A DNA stretch of 63,217 nucleotides, the filler included, from Salisapilia sapeloensis CBS 127946 (lineage: Eukaryota > Protista > Oomycota), in assembly GCA_023334545.1 (NCBI GenBank). It is 6 parts of 6 records of this genome, joined end to end, with 100 filler letters (N's around TTAATTAATTAA, not from the genome) between each part and the next. Parts side by side here need not be neighbours in the genome. Positions count along the whole stretch, not along the records: positions 36,293 to 44,822 come from JAADVB010000487.1; positions 44,923 to 52,282 come from JAADVB010000519.1; positions 52,383 to 60,985 come from JAADVB010000483.1; 3 more parts are not named here. The stretch is one strand, 5' to 3'. Shown here one piece after another: positions 42,506 through 52,654 of the stretch. A program made the position numbers and the translations under genes. The first letter of the stretch is position 1. Each line of letters begins with the position of its first letter. The notes under the pieces were generated by a model that searched no databases, was not told the origin of the DNA, and worked only from the letters and a program-made list of their open reading frames with translations.

Positions 42506-43050
42506 GTTCCTGTTACAGTGTTTGCATGCTTGACTCAATTTGCATTGAAAGTCTTGAATATTACCCAACTATACGCTCAAGGAACACAGTTTTACTAATC
42601 CCCTAGTGCTTGTGGTTATGTGCTCCTCATCAAAGACAAACAAGGACTGTTTCGATTTACAGCTAAAAAAGGAGACTTTGACCTCGTCTTCGCTTACCAC
42701 TGTCTTTAACCACTTGCATTTGACTTATTTTATCATCTGCATGGTACATCGACCGCAAGACTTCCGAGATGTAGCTCCGGATACATATCATTACAGCGAG
42801 AACCATATCTTGGATGGTCATGGCTGCATAGAACTTTACTATTTATCGACCCATGGCAGAAAGTCGGCTCCCTAGGAACGCCCTATTCCCTTTTACGTCG
42901 TTCGTATTATTATAAACATATTCGTTTCTTTTCAAGATTTTTATGGCATCGCGCTGCTTTATCAATCGGCCCATCTGAAAGTAGATTCTATTTGGTTGTA
43001 CTTAAAGGAATACCATTCTTCTCTGTTGAATCAATCCAGCGTAATTCTTA

Positions 43051-43078
43051 CTTCTCACTTCTCACTTCTCACTTCTCA
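43051..43078 (+). repeat. (CTTCTCA)4 heptamer tandem repeat
   Basis: Four perfect copies, ending about 65 nt upstream of the ankyrin pseudogene ATG. Confidence 0.9.
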
Positions 43079-43143
43079 TTTCGACTTTCCAAGCCCAAGT
43101 TACCATAAACTACAAATCTACTTCTTACCAAAAGGATTGGACA

Positions 43144-44160
43144 TGTCAACGCTTACGAGTACGAACGAAAAGTCGTGGGAGTACGCAAAAGCTGGGGATC
43201 AAGTAGGCGTTCGCAAAACAATTCAAGAAGGTGGTGGCGTGGACTAGAATGACGAAGAAATCAGCTTTAGAGGTCGCCATTGATAGTGGCGGCGGCCGGA
43301 GGTCGTACCAAAGTCATCGAGGTTTTATTAAATCATAAAGCGGACGTACATAAGAAGAGTAGAAAAGGTCGTATTCTACTTCATTTTGCTACCGACAGAG
43401 GACGAGTGGAGGGGATGAATGTTCGGATAGAAATGAGCGGATGTTCATAAGCAGGATATAAATGGAAATTTTACACTTCATTGGACTACCAAAAGTGGAA
43501 AAGTACAGGCCATGAGTGTGCTACTGCAAAGTGATACAGACGATAATAAGCACAATGAAGATGGTCGTACTCCACTTCATATCGCTCTTGCAAAGGGTGA
43601 TTGGGACACCATGAAGCTTCTGGTCGATTGGGGGTGAATCTGGATGTAAGAGATAAAGATGGACGTAAGTTTAGTTCACTTGTATCAAGGTCATGTACAG
43701 TCATGTGAAAGCCTTCCGCGAGCCACATATAAAACTAAAGAAGACATCATCCAAGGCTTCTTGGGTCGATCGGTCGTTTAAAAGCCAGTGGGCGAAGTGA
43801 TTTCAAGTTCCGAACGCGTGAAAAACGAGATGGAGATTCTTATTGAGGGCGAGTGGAAACGTACGCTTGCTTTTGTCCTGCATCATCACAAGATCGAGAT
43901 GCTGCATTTTGCTTTTCAGACAGACGATACAGATGCGAGCGATGACATCATTAACTGGATTAGCAGCAAGAAATGGGTTGAAGCAGCCACGTATTTGCAT
44001 AGCTCGACTTCAATGCAACATGATGGAATATTCGAAGATATGACAGCAGTAGAATGCATGCTATGACACGACTTTTACATTTACACAAGCACCAACGACG
44101 GATAGTCGAAGTCGAAAGTAGCCGACATCGAAAAGCTAGAGAAGAAAACATGACATACAA
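43144..44160 (+). pseudogene. Decayed paralogue of the 31444-34440 ankyrin gene
   Basis: NEKSWEYAKAGDQVGVRKTIQEGGGVD* vs NKKLWEYAKKGDEKGVRNMIRKGGVVNW. GEWKRTLAFVLHHHKIEMLHFAFQTDDTDASDDIINWISSKKW vs SKWKSTLESVLNDHKVEMLYFAFVTDDTDKRDAIIGWIDKDKKW. In-frame stop at 43245-43247 plus frameshifts. Confidence 0.88.
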
Positions 44161-44822
44161 CTATGGACGTCCTGAACCCCGAGAATATAGAGCGCGCTAA
44201 GAATATGGTTTTGAGCTAGGACGTTTAGGCAGGACGGAGCTAATCAATCTACTTTGCACCCATTTTCCCAGTGTCCCTGTATCGCGTTCGTCTTATTTTA
44301 TACTTTTACCATTAAAATCAGTAGAAGCGTCAACACCATCGGTTCCAAGAGGCTTGGATGTACCAGTTTGTCGATGCTTCGTCCATGAAGACCACGGCCA
44401 CCAGCTATTTGGCAAGACAGTTTTAATTTTCAAACTACAGAAACATGGGTGGCAAGTTTTTTATGATGTTAAATGCCCACTCTGATACGTGCTAATCGCT
44501 TACTGTCCTAATTGACCAACCGTCCTCGAGCATGCTTCCCATGAATGCGAACTGGTGCATAAAGGTCTGTCGATCTTCGTGTGCTCAATTTAGCGACTGC
44601 CATCATTAGCTGCAGATTTGATCTCTATACTCTGTCTTTGTGGGAAACCAAAAGGGTATATTGTTAATCTTTGCTGGTACGATTTTGCATCAGCGGCCAA
44701 CAGTTGTCTGCTTTACCATACATTGGCTCTGCAGTGGTCCATGAGGAGATCTGAAGGGTGTCTACTTATATTCACCATATCCGAGTTTGTACAACTAACT
44801 TGTCAGAATACTCTTCGTGCCA

Positions 44823-44922
44823 NNNNNNNNNNNNNNNNNNNNNNNNNNNNNNNNNNNNNNNNNNNNTTAATTAATTAANNNNNNNNNNNNNNNNNNNNNN
44901 NNNNNNNNNNNNNNNNNNNNNN
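44823..44922. other. Assembly gap with six-frame-stop linker
   Basis: N-run, TTAATTAATTAA, N-run. Confidence 0.99.
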
Positions 44923-44923
44923 G

Positions 44924-47900
44924 GTCGACGACAAGGTGAAAGCTCGGTACCGCCGGGGAAGCCAATGGTTTCCAGGCAAGATATCGAGGTGCCGCTCGGA
45001 TGGAACCTACGACGTTGCATATGACGACGGTGATAAGGAGCAGCGGCTACCGGCTAGTATGATTGAATTGGCGGTGCTGAAAAGTAGTCCGAAGACGAAT
45101 TTCGCTTCTGGAGGCGCCGAAAGTAAAGCAACTGAGTTAGATGATAGTGAAGATGAAGAAGCGAGGTGTAAGGTAGTGGTACTAAATGAAGGCGATAGAG
45201 TAGAAGCCGACTACAAGAGGATGGGGAGGTACAAGACAGCTCGCGTGTTAAAAAAGCGTCTAAAGGGTTTGTACGACGTAGAGTATGATAGTGGTAAGGT
45301 AGAGAAGCGGGTTTCAGTAAAGCATATACGTCCTATCAAGAAACGTTACCACGAAGACTCTGATGAAGGAAGCAATCGGAGTCAGAGTATCTCTAAGAAA
45401 CAAGGAAAACCAGTAAAAACAACTGGAAAGGATTTTGTTGGCCGCCAAGTTATTTGCTGCTGGCATCGCCCTAGTAGACTTTCGAATCCCAAGGTGACCT
45501 CACATTGGGAGAGTGGAACAGTAGTGACAGAACACTTGGATGGCACATATACAGTTCGATATGATAGCGGAGTTGTTGAAGAGGAAGCTCCATTAGAGTC
45601 GATTAAAATCAAAAGCGACGGTCATTCATCATCAGGCAGCTCGGATGAAAGCTGTTCAAATAACCAAGCGGCATCCAAGTATAAAGCGAAATCAAAAATG
45701 GACGAGTGGGTACATTTACTCGAAGAGCTGGCATTAACAATGTTTGAAGAGAAAGAGTTGATGAAAAAGCCACGGATAAGTGGTGCCACGAATACTCATA
45801 GTGACGCAAGTTCAGAAGACTCGTACTCAGACTCGAGCACAGACTCTGACTCACCGAAAAAGCCTTTTGTAGCAATGATTTTGAAAAGAGCAAACAAGCT
45901 ATTTGGAGTAGAAATGGTAAAAAAATGGAGAAGAGGCTTTGATCAAAAGGATCCGAAGTGTAGTGGGTTCATTTCGAAAAGAAAGCTGCTGAATCTAGTA
46001 AATGAGTGGAGCGGTATGAGGAAAGTGAACACGGACAAACCTAGCGCAAATGAAACATGCATTAAGAAAGGTGGCATCGATACAGCTCTATCTTCTTGGC
46101 TTGACATGAATCCTTGGCTGCAAGCAAACGACAAGTATCCGTTCGGCTCTGTTTTAGTGTCCTACGCCTTTGCACGACATGTTGAGTGCAAGCAGCTAAT
46201 ACAAGAACGTGTGATCAACGTTTTACAAGGTAGGTTTCCATCCAACGACGAATACAAACATCAAGTAGATGTTTGGGAACGGAAACTTGGTGTCCGAGTA
46301 TTTGCTGCACTCCAAGAAGCATTCCGACACGTCGCTTTGTCAAATCTTTCACCGCAGCGCATAAGAGTGGATGACGTTGGGAAGGCGTTAAAAGAAATCA
46401 TTGGAAAAGCAGCTCCGAACAAGCCGTTAGAATTGTATATGCAGGAACATCGGTTGTATGGTCATCACACACTCCTGCTACCAGAGTTTCTATGCTGCTA
46501 CTACGAATTGTATGGCTCCATTCAGCCACCTCTGCAGCCTATGGAGCCGACAGAGCTTAAGTCCATCACATTCTTATCGACTTGTCTCTTTTCCAACGGC
46601 GACCACATCTGCCGTCGTCACGGCGACCTCGTTCGTCGCCTATGCGTCGGGAGAACAGAAGCTCAGATCGAACTTATTATTCGTTTTCGAGAAGCCTTCG
46701 AAGCATTCACCGAGGCAGAGGTTAATGATTGCCGCCGCGAGGAAGCTATCTCTACACAAAAGCTGAAAATGTTTGTATCCAAAGTGGTGCCAGATCCAAA
46801 CACATTGGAAGATGCTAGGAAGTCCTTACAGAAAAGGTCATCGGAAGTTACGTTGGTCGAGTTATATGCATCATTTGGATTTGTTATCGATGATGTTGCT
46901 GCGGCGCCAACAATTCGAAATGCCATCAGTAAGCTGCGACTTCGACATGATCTGGCGGATGTCCGTAGCGTGATTGCAATTGTGCGCAATATTTGCCTCA
47001 AGATTGTTCGCTTTCCAAACAACCCGGACTACTGGAGGATTCGTGTAAACAATGTCGCTTTTCATCAAAAGGTTGGTCGCTATGATGGTGCGACTGATTT
47101 GTTAGAGGCAGCGGGGTTTGTCGAGTATCGCACAACACATTATGAACTGCGCGGTATTCGAATGAACGATGGAAAGCGTTTAAGTTCGTTGACCAGAGTA
47201 GCCTTGAACACCTTGCGTGAAAAGTGCGTAGAGCTTGATGAAGAGCTATCGCTGCTAGATGGGTCAGAAAGCGTGAGCTCGATACTTCAGCGTGTGGCCG
47301 AGTCACGTATATATGAAAGTCCGCTTTCGCTACAGGAGTGCAAGCAAGTACTTGTGCATCTATCTACTTACGTGGCAAACGTGCTGAATAATGTGAAAGA
47401 TTCACGTTGCTGGCGAATACGCCAGGATAATCCAGTCTATCAAAGGCAAATTGGCTACCTTCCGCACGCGACAGATCTCATGGCTTCTATCGGGTTTGAT
47501 GCTCATACTTCGTCACAAGGCATAGTCTTTGTACTACGAGGCACAAAGCCTTTAGCACAGTCTTCGACATCCCACTTATCTTCGGAAGTCAACTCGAACC
47601 TTTCAAATTTTGCTTTTTCAAAAGTAAGTGAAAGGATGGAATGGTTTCTCTGGAGAAAGAAACAAGAGCTTGATCATATCCTAGAAAATGAAGTTGAGTA
47701 TTTGGTTCCATTGGTACGTGACGCCGTTTCGACGGAAGCATATCATGCGGGAGATAACAATGATCCTAAAACGACTGAAAGTCCTGCGTTACTATCACTG
47801 AGAAGCATGGTCATGAAGCGATACCCGTACGGAAAGAATGCTTTAGAGTTATTCAGTAAGAGCAAGATCCAGCAACAGCAAGTAGAGCAACTCAAGAGTG

Positions 47901-49132
47901 CTTTTGCTGGCTTAGATGGAGATAAGGATGACGTGATTAGCATGAAAAACATACAAGAGAGAACAGAAACAAGTCAGTCGAGTGCATGGAAAATATGGGG
48001 CAGTACTAAAATGGATTTTAGCGATTTTTGTACTGCTCTAGGGCCCCTTCTCGACCATCCACTTGACTCTGATTCCGACTATTCAGTGCTGAGCACTGGT
48101 ATTTCCTTATGTGAACTTGTCTCGATTGCTATCGGAAAGATACGAATTAGTACGCAGCAGAATATAGCGTTGGAAGCAGTTCACACGCTCTTGGAACATT
48201 TGATCAAGTTAAGTACAGAGCCAGGGAATACAAGTCTGTGGAAAATCAAAGCGAGCTCGCGTTTGAGCCACGGCCTCCTGCAACTCGATGGTGGAGCTGA
48301 GCTTATATTGCTAGCAGGCTTCGAAAGCATCGATATTGACAGGACGAACAAGACTGGCAATGCTTCTGAAGCTGTTCTCTTTGAAATGCATCCGAAGAAA
48401 TTAAAATTCAAGACTACGAGAGAGTCTACAGCGCCTTCTATACCAATGCTTGGCACTACATTGGAAAATCGAATCCATACTGTCATCGGAGTGGTCAGTG
48501 GTCATTGCCGAGGCATGCAGTTCCCAGAGGTGAGCAATGTAAGTGCTGTTAGTCGTGCGGTCGGGAGCGCAGAGGACGCATCAAGATGGACGAAACTGGT
48601 CAAACTTGCCTTACTCTGCATTCAGAATATTCTGGAGAATCGATCGGATGACAGGTACCGCCACCTGAACTCCAACACCGCGACTTTTCAAAGCGTAGTT
48701 GCATCAGTCAATGGAGGCGTTGCGCTTCTTACGTACATTGGGTTTCGAAAGACGGATAGAGGCAGCTATGCATTACCACTCGACGTTTCAGAGGCTATGC
48801 TCAGCGCCCGTGCACTCGAACTTGAAGTCGGATTGATACTTTTGAAATCAAAGGTTTATGGAGTGATCGACAAAGAGGTCCGTGTGGTGCCGGTGGAGGA
48901 GTCGAAGATAGTAGAGAATGCGGAGGATGCTGCGTACTTCAAGCGAGCGGCCATTGCTGCCGAAATGGCCATGGCTCGCGCCAAGCGCGAGAATACGTTT
49001 CTACGAAAGAAGTTATCCGGGACAGGCTCGAACCGGAATCGTTCCAGCAGATCTTGCGTCGAGCAAGATACACTCGGAGCGTTTCGACCGGCCGTGCGAT
49101 CGGACGACAGCACTGACGCCGAGGACACGTAA
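44924..49132 (+). CDS. Large protein with at least 3 Tudor/Agenet-like domains, EF-hands and four PUB domains (5' truncated)
   Basis: Tudor-like: WFPGKISRCRSDGTYDVAYDDGD, YDVEYDSG, YTVRYDSG. EF-hand-like: FDQKDPKCSGFIS, LDGDKDDVISMKNI. Four PUB-like units end in (G)A..LL..(A/I)GF. Confidence 0.88.
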   Translation, partial: VDDKVKARYRRGSQWFPGKISRCRSDGTYDVAYDDGDKEQRLPASMIELAVLKSSPKTNFASGGAESKATELDDSEDEEARCKVVVLNEGDRVEADYKRMGRYKTARVLKKRLKGLYDVEYDSGKVEKRVSVKHIRPIKKRYHEDSDEGSNRSQSISKKQGKPVKTTGKDFVGRQVICCWHRPSRLSNPKVTSHWESGTVVTEHLDGTYTVRYDSGVVEEEAPLESIKIKSDGHSSSGSSDESCSNNQAASKYKAKSKMDEWVHLLEELALTMFEEKELMKKPRISGATNTHSDASSEDSYSDSSTDSDSPKKPFVAMILKRANKLFGVEMVKKWRRGFDQKDPKCSGFISKRKLLNLVNEWSGMRKVNTDKPSANETCIKKGGIDTALSSWLDMNPWLQANDKYPFGSVLVSYAFARHVECKQLIQERVINVLQGRFPSNDEYKHQVDVWERKLGVRVFAALQEAFRHVALSNLSPQRIRVDDVGKALKEIIGKAAPNKPLELYMQEHRLYGHHTLLLPEFLCCYYELYGSIQPPLQPMEPTELKSITFLSTCLFSNGDHICRRHGDLVRRLCVGRTEAQIELIIRFREAFEAFTEAEVNDCRREEAISTQKLKMFVSKVVPDPNTLEDARKSLQKRSSEVTLVELYASFGFVIDDVAAAPTIRNAISKLRLRHDLADVRSVIAIVRNICLKIVRFPNNPDYWRIRVNNVAFHQKVGRYDGATDLLEAAGFVEYRTTHYELRGIRMNDGKRLSSLTRVALNTLREKCVELDEELSLLDGSESVSSILQRVAESRIYESPLSLQECKQVLVHLSTYVANVLNNVKDSRCWRIRQDNPVYQRQIGYLPHATDLMASIGFDAHTSSQGIVFVLRGTKPLAQSSTSHLSSEVNSNLSNFAFSKVSERMEWFLWRKKQELDHILENEVEYLVPLVRDAVSTEAYHAGDNNDPKTTESPALLSLRSMVMKRYPYGKNALELFSKSKIQQQQVEQLKSAFAGLDGDKDDVISMKNIQERTETSQSSAWKIWGSTKMDFSDFCTALGPLLDHPLDSDSDYSVLSTGISLCELVSIAIGKIRISTQQNIALEAVHTLLEHLIKLSTEPGNTSLWKIKASSRLSHGLLQLDGGAELILLAGFESIDIDRTNKTGNASEAVLFEMHPKKLKFKTTRESTAPSIPMLGTTLENRIHTVIGVVSGHCRGMQFPEVSNVSAVSRAVGSAEDASRWTKLVKLALLCIQNILENRSDDRYRHLNSNTATFQSVVASVNGGVALLTYIGFRKTDRGSYALPLDVSEAMLSARALELEVGLILLKSKVYGVIDKEVRVVPVEESKIVENAEDAAYFKRAAIAAEMAMARAKRENTFLRKKLSGTGSNRNRSSRSCVEQDTLGAFRPAVRSDDSTDAEDT

Positions 49133-49318
49133 AAGGCGCGATGGATTTTGAGTGTCCGCTCCTTCCGTCGTCAGCACCCCGAGCCCTCTTTCGACCCTAA
49201 TCGTCGAACGTGCTACCAGAAGCAAAGCCGTCTTCGTGCATGTCGCGCGAAGGTTTCATCCTTTTAACCTATTACTTACCAAGTCAAAGCCAGCGCATTT
49301 CAATCGAACCTTCACAGC

Positions 49319-52282
49319 ATGGGCACGGTCGGGCAGGTGGCGGCCGTCGCGCCGCGGTCTCCTGCGCGCCGGAACACCGTCTTCGACGCGTACCCGTTGC
49401 GTCCAGGCGGAGCTCACGAGTTCCCGCCGCTAGGACGAACGGTCTCCAATAGAAGACTTGACTCGGCCGAGGAATGGCAGAATGACCAGAGCGAAGACGA
49501 CGAGAGCAGCGACGATGAGTGGCATCGGAGCAATGCGAATGGAGACTCAACAGAGAAATCTTCTTCCATGAGAGATGTTTCCGACTCGGTATGCTTTTAT
49601 CCAGCTTTAAATAGTACTCGCTTGCGGTAGATATGTACTCATGTTCTTGGTAGAACCTATCCCCACGGAGACGCATGTTGTTTTCCAATTCAGGCAAGTT
49701 CCAAGGCGAGATCTACGAGGCTAAGGCGCGATCGAAAGTCTTTAGTGTCTTGAAGCACCGTGGCAAAGTCGCATCGAAACCAGTGAATAACCCAGTCGTG
49801 AAGAACGCGTCGAAAGCAGCCACGTTCACCGCGGAAGACATCGTGCTCACTGGCACACTGCGAAAGGAAGGCTCGTGGCGACGCAACTGGAAGACGAGGT
49901 TCTTTATTTTACGACAAGACGTTCCGTCGCTCTGCTACTTTACGTCGGAAGAAAAGCTGGAGCTGCTGGGTGAGATCGCCATCACCTCCGAGACACTTGT
50001 GCTGGACCAGAGTTCCGGCGGGAAGCCTCCTTTCCGTTTTCAACTGCGCACAGAGTCCAAGCGACTGCTATTGGAAGCAGAGTCAAAGGACTTGCAGCAG
50101 CAGTGGATAAATGCGTGTCAAGATCTGATCGATCGCATTCGGTCAGTGAAATTCACAGGATCCATGACCAATCTATCATCGTCTCAATGTCGATTCACCA
50201 TGCCTGAGCGACCGCAAACAAGTACTCCCGTGAGCAAAAAGTCGACTCCGAAGCGTTCTTCCATGATTACAACAGGGTCGAAAAAGCCAGATTTGTCAAC
50301 CATCCCTGGCAGTGGTCCCGTGGAGCTTCCGGATGACATTGACAAGGAGAATAGATTTTTAGCTCAGAACAAGGATTTGGATACGCAGACGTTGCAGGCT
50401 TTGGAAAACAGTGCCTATAGCTCTGCGGAAGAATCAGAAGACCCGAGCGAAGGGTCGACTGGTCTCCAAGTCCCTCCGTTCTCGTCCATGGATAATGTCC
50501 TGTCAGATGTGGCGATCATCAACACTCAACTTGCAGAAGGTGTTCGTCGACGGTCTGAAACCCAGAGGCTGCTGGATCAGGAGCACACAGAGCCTTATGA
50601 CATGACTATTTTCGTGGCGTTTGGTAAGAAGAACAGGTTTGCGCGAGGCGAAGGCTCAAAGGATAAAGCTGGGTGCTTTGTGACAGTCGAGGGGTACTCG
50701 CAAGAGCTCAAGGCTTTTGTGACACTAGGCAATACAGAAGTTATCCGTCTGTCTGCTGCCGCCAACGCTGCTGCGAGTGCCGTCTCGGAAGACGACAACT
50801 ACGTCGCTTTTCCAGCGACGCCTGGGGAGATCCCACCAGGTTGCTTCCCTTTCACTGTCGTACTGACAAGTGCTCTGGACAAGTATGACCAACTCCGCAT
50901 GACTCTGCACAAATGTCCTTTGAACCAGGGCGTAACCGGAAACCTCACGACCATTGGCATTGGCAGATGTGTGTTGACGGAGAACGTCCTGTCGTCCGAG
51001 CCGACGGTCTTAACCATAATGGAACGAGGCGGCGTGAATCCGAATCGGAGCTCTGTCGATCGGAGTCAAAAGCCTTCGAACGGCGCCTTGATGCTCAAGG
51101 TCGACAAGACAGGTGTCCAGTTGATCGTGCAAGTGCTACCTTCGATCTCGTCTCAAGAAGCTCTTCCAACGACCGGCGTCGACATGGCTGTGTCTAAGTA
51201 CCTTCTCCCGACTGCATCTCAAGTGAGAAGGAGACGGGCGTCGAGTACCCACGAGGAGGCACGTAGTAGCCACGCCAAAACGTTGCTGGATAATGGCAGC
51301 TTCCTCACAGACGACGACTCGTCTCCAGTCTCTAACTTGAGGTTCGTGGCCACAGCGGAGGTCTTGCGCACACCTCGCAGCACGTTTTCCTTTCCACTAG
51401 CCTACCTAGACTTCCTCGAAGCTCGCGCATTGGAACGCATTCGGCGGATTCAAAAGGAGGTGGCGACGTCTGGAAAGAATGTACGCCACGAGGCTAGCGT
51501 CTTGAACGAGTTTGAGCTCGAGTGTTTACGTAAGAAGCAGCAAGAGTACGTAAAGCAGCGGCAGTTCTTGGTCAATCAAGAGAAGAGGCTCTTAGACGAA
51601 GGGCTGGACGGACGGAATTTTATCGCGGCACAGCAGCTGGATCTGAACCCGAATAAAGACAAGCATGAGGACGAATTGATGGCGCCATTCAAGCGCAGTA
51701 CGTTTCGGAATAGAGAGATGTGGCAGATGCTGCCGACGAATATGCAGAACCAGTACCTATGTGCGCCTCACCCGGACTGGAGAGGAAGTAGCTACAAGGA
51801 TATGGGCGATGCGGAGCACATGTCAGACAACTTTGTCTGGCACACCATGACCATGGGGTGTCCTGCTGCACACACGAAAGGGTTTGCGAACGGGGGGTAT
51901 CGGAAGCTAGAGCAGACATTGCAAGCTAGTCGGCAGCAACGGACTAGTCCGTCGGATGAAGAGTCGTATAGTCTGAGAGAAGGGAGGTCTTCTGCGTCGT
52001 CTGGGTCGTCTACAAACGCAGCGGATCGCGGTCGACGCAGCGGTGGCACCAAGCCGCGCGTGTCGAACACGAGCACCTCGATCGAGGAGATGCTGACGGC
52101 TCTAAAGACCAGACTGGAGATGTCCGATCGACTGGAGATTATCTCCAGCCAGATCCTGTCTTCTGCCATTGCGTGTATCCTGTCATCACTGGATCTCGCG
52201 TCTCTCGGTAGTGGACGTCATGCGCTGCAGTTTGAGTACGCGACCAAGCTAGGGTACTTGGTCCACTACGAGTCGCTGCTGA
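49319..52282 (+). CDS. PH-domain inositol polyphosphate 4-phosphatase (INPP4)-like protein, 3' truncated
   Basis: PH: GTLRKEGSWRRNWKTRFFIL..QQWINA. C2-like middle. INPP4-type motifs PFKRS..LPTNMQNQ, MGCPAAHTKGFANGGYRKL, LGYLVHYESLL. The catalytic CX5R motif would lie in the gap. Confidence 0.8.
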
Positions 52283-52382
52283 NNNNNNNNNNNNNNNNNN
52301 NNNNNNNNNNNNNNNNNNNNNNNNNNTTAATTAATTAANNNNNNNNNNNNNNNNNNNNNNNNNNNNNNNNNNNNNNNNNNNN
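52283..52382. other. Assembly gap with six-frame-stop linker
   Basis: N-run, TTAATTAATTAA, N-run. Confidence 0.99.
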
Positions 52383-52650
52383 ACCAAACGAGGAGTACAA
52401 GAGCAAGTGATCTTTCGTCTCTGATGCAATCGGGATGAAATACGCTTCGACAAGACTTCAAGGCACGACTGGTGCTCGAGATGTGCAAATTTGAAAAAGC
52501 GCGCGAAAGAGTCACTCGACTTGCTAAACTCTTCGCTTTACTTGCGCTATTGAGCTCTTCCCTTTTATTTCAGAACAGGCATAGTACAGTGATGAACGAA
52601 ATAATTGGTCGATATTTGTGACTCGCACTGTACGGCGTCCCACGGAAATG
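52383..52650 (+). repeat. Dispersed degenerate repeat, copy 3 (abuts the LINE 3' end)
   Basis: Aligns to the copies at 29.3-29.7 kb and 42.1-42.5 kb. Confidence 0.85.
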
Positions 52651-52654
52651 GCGA

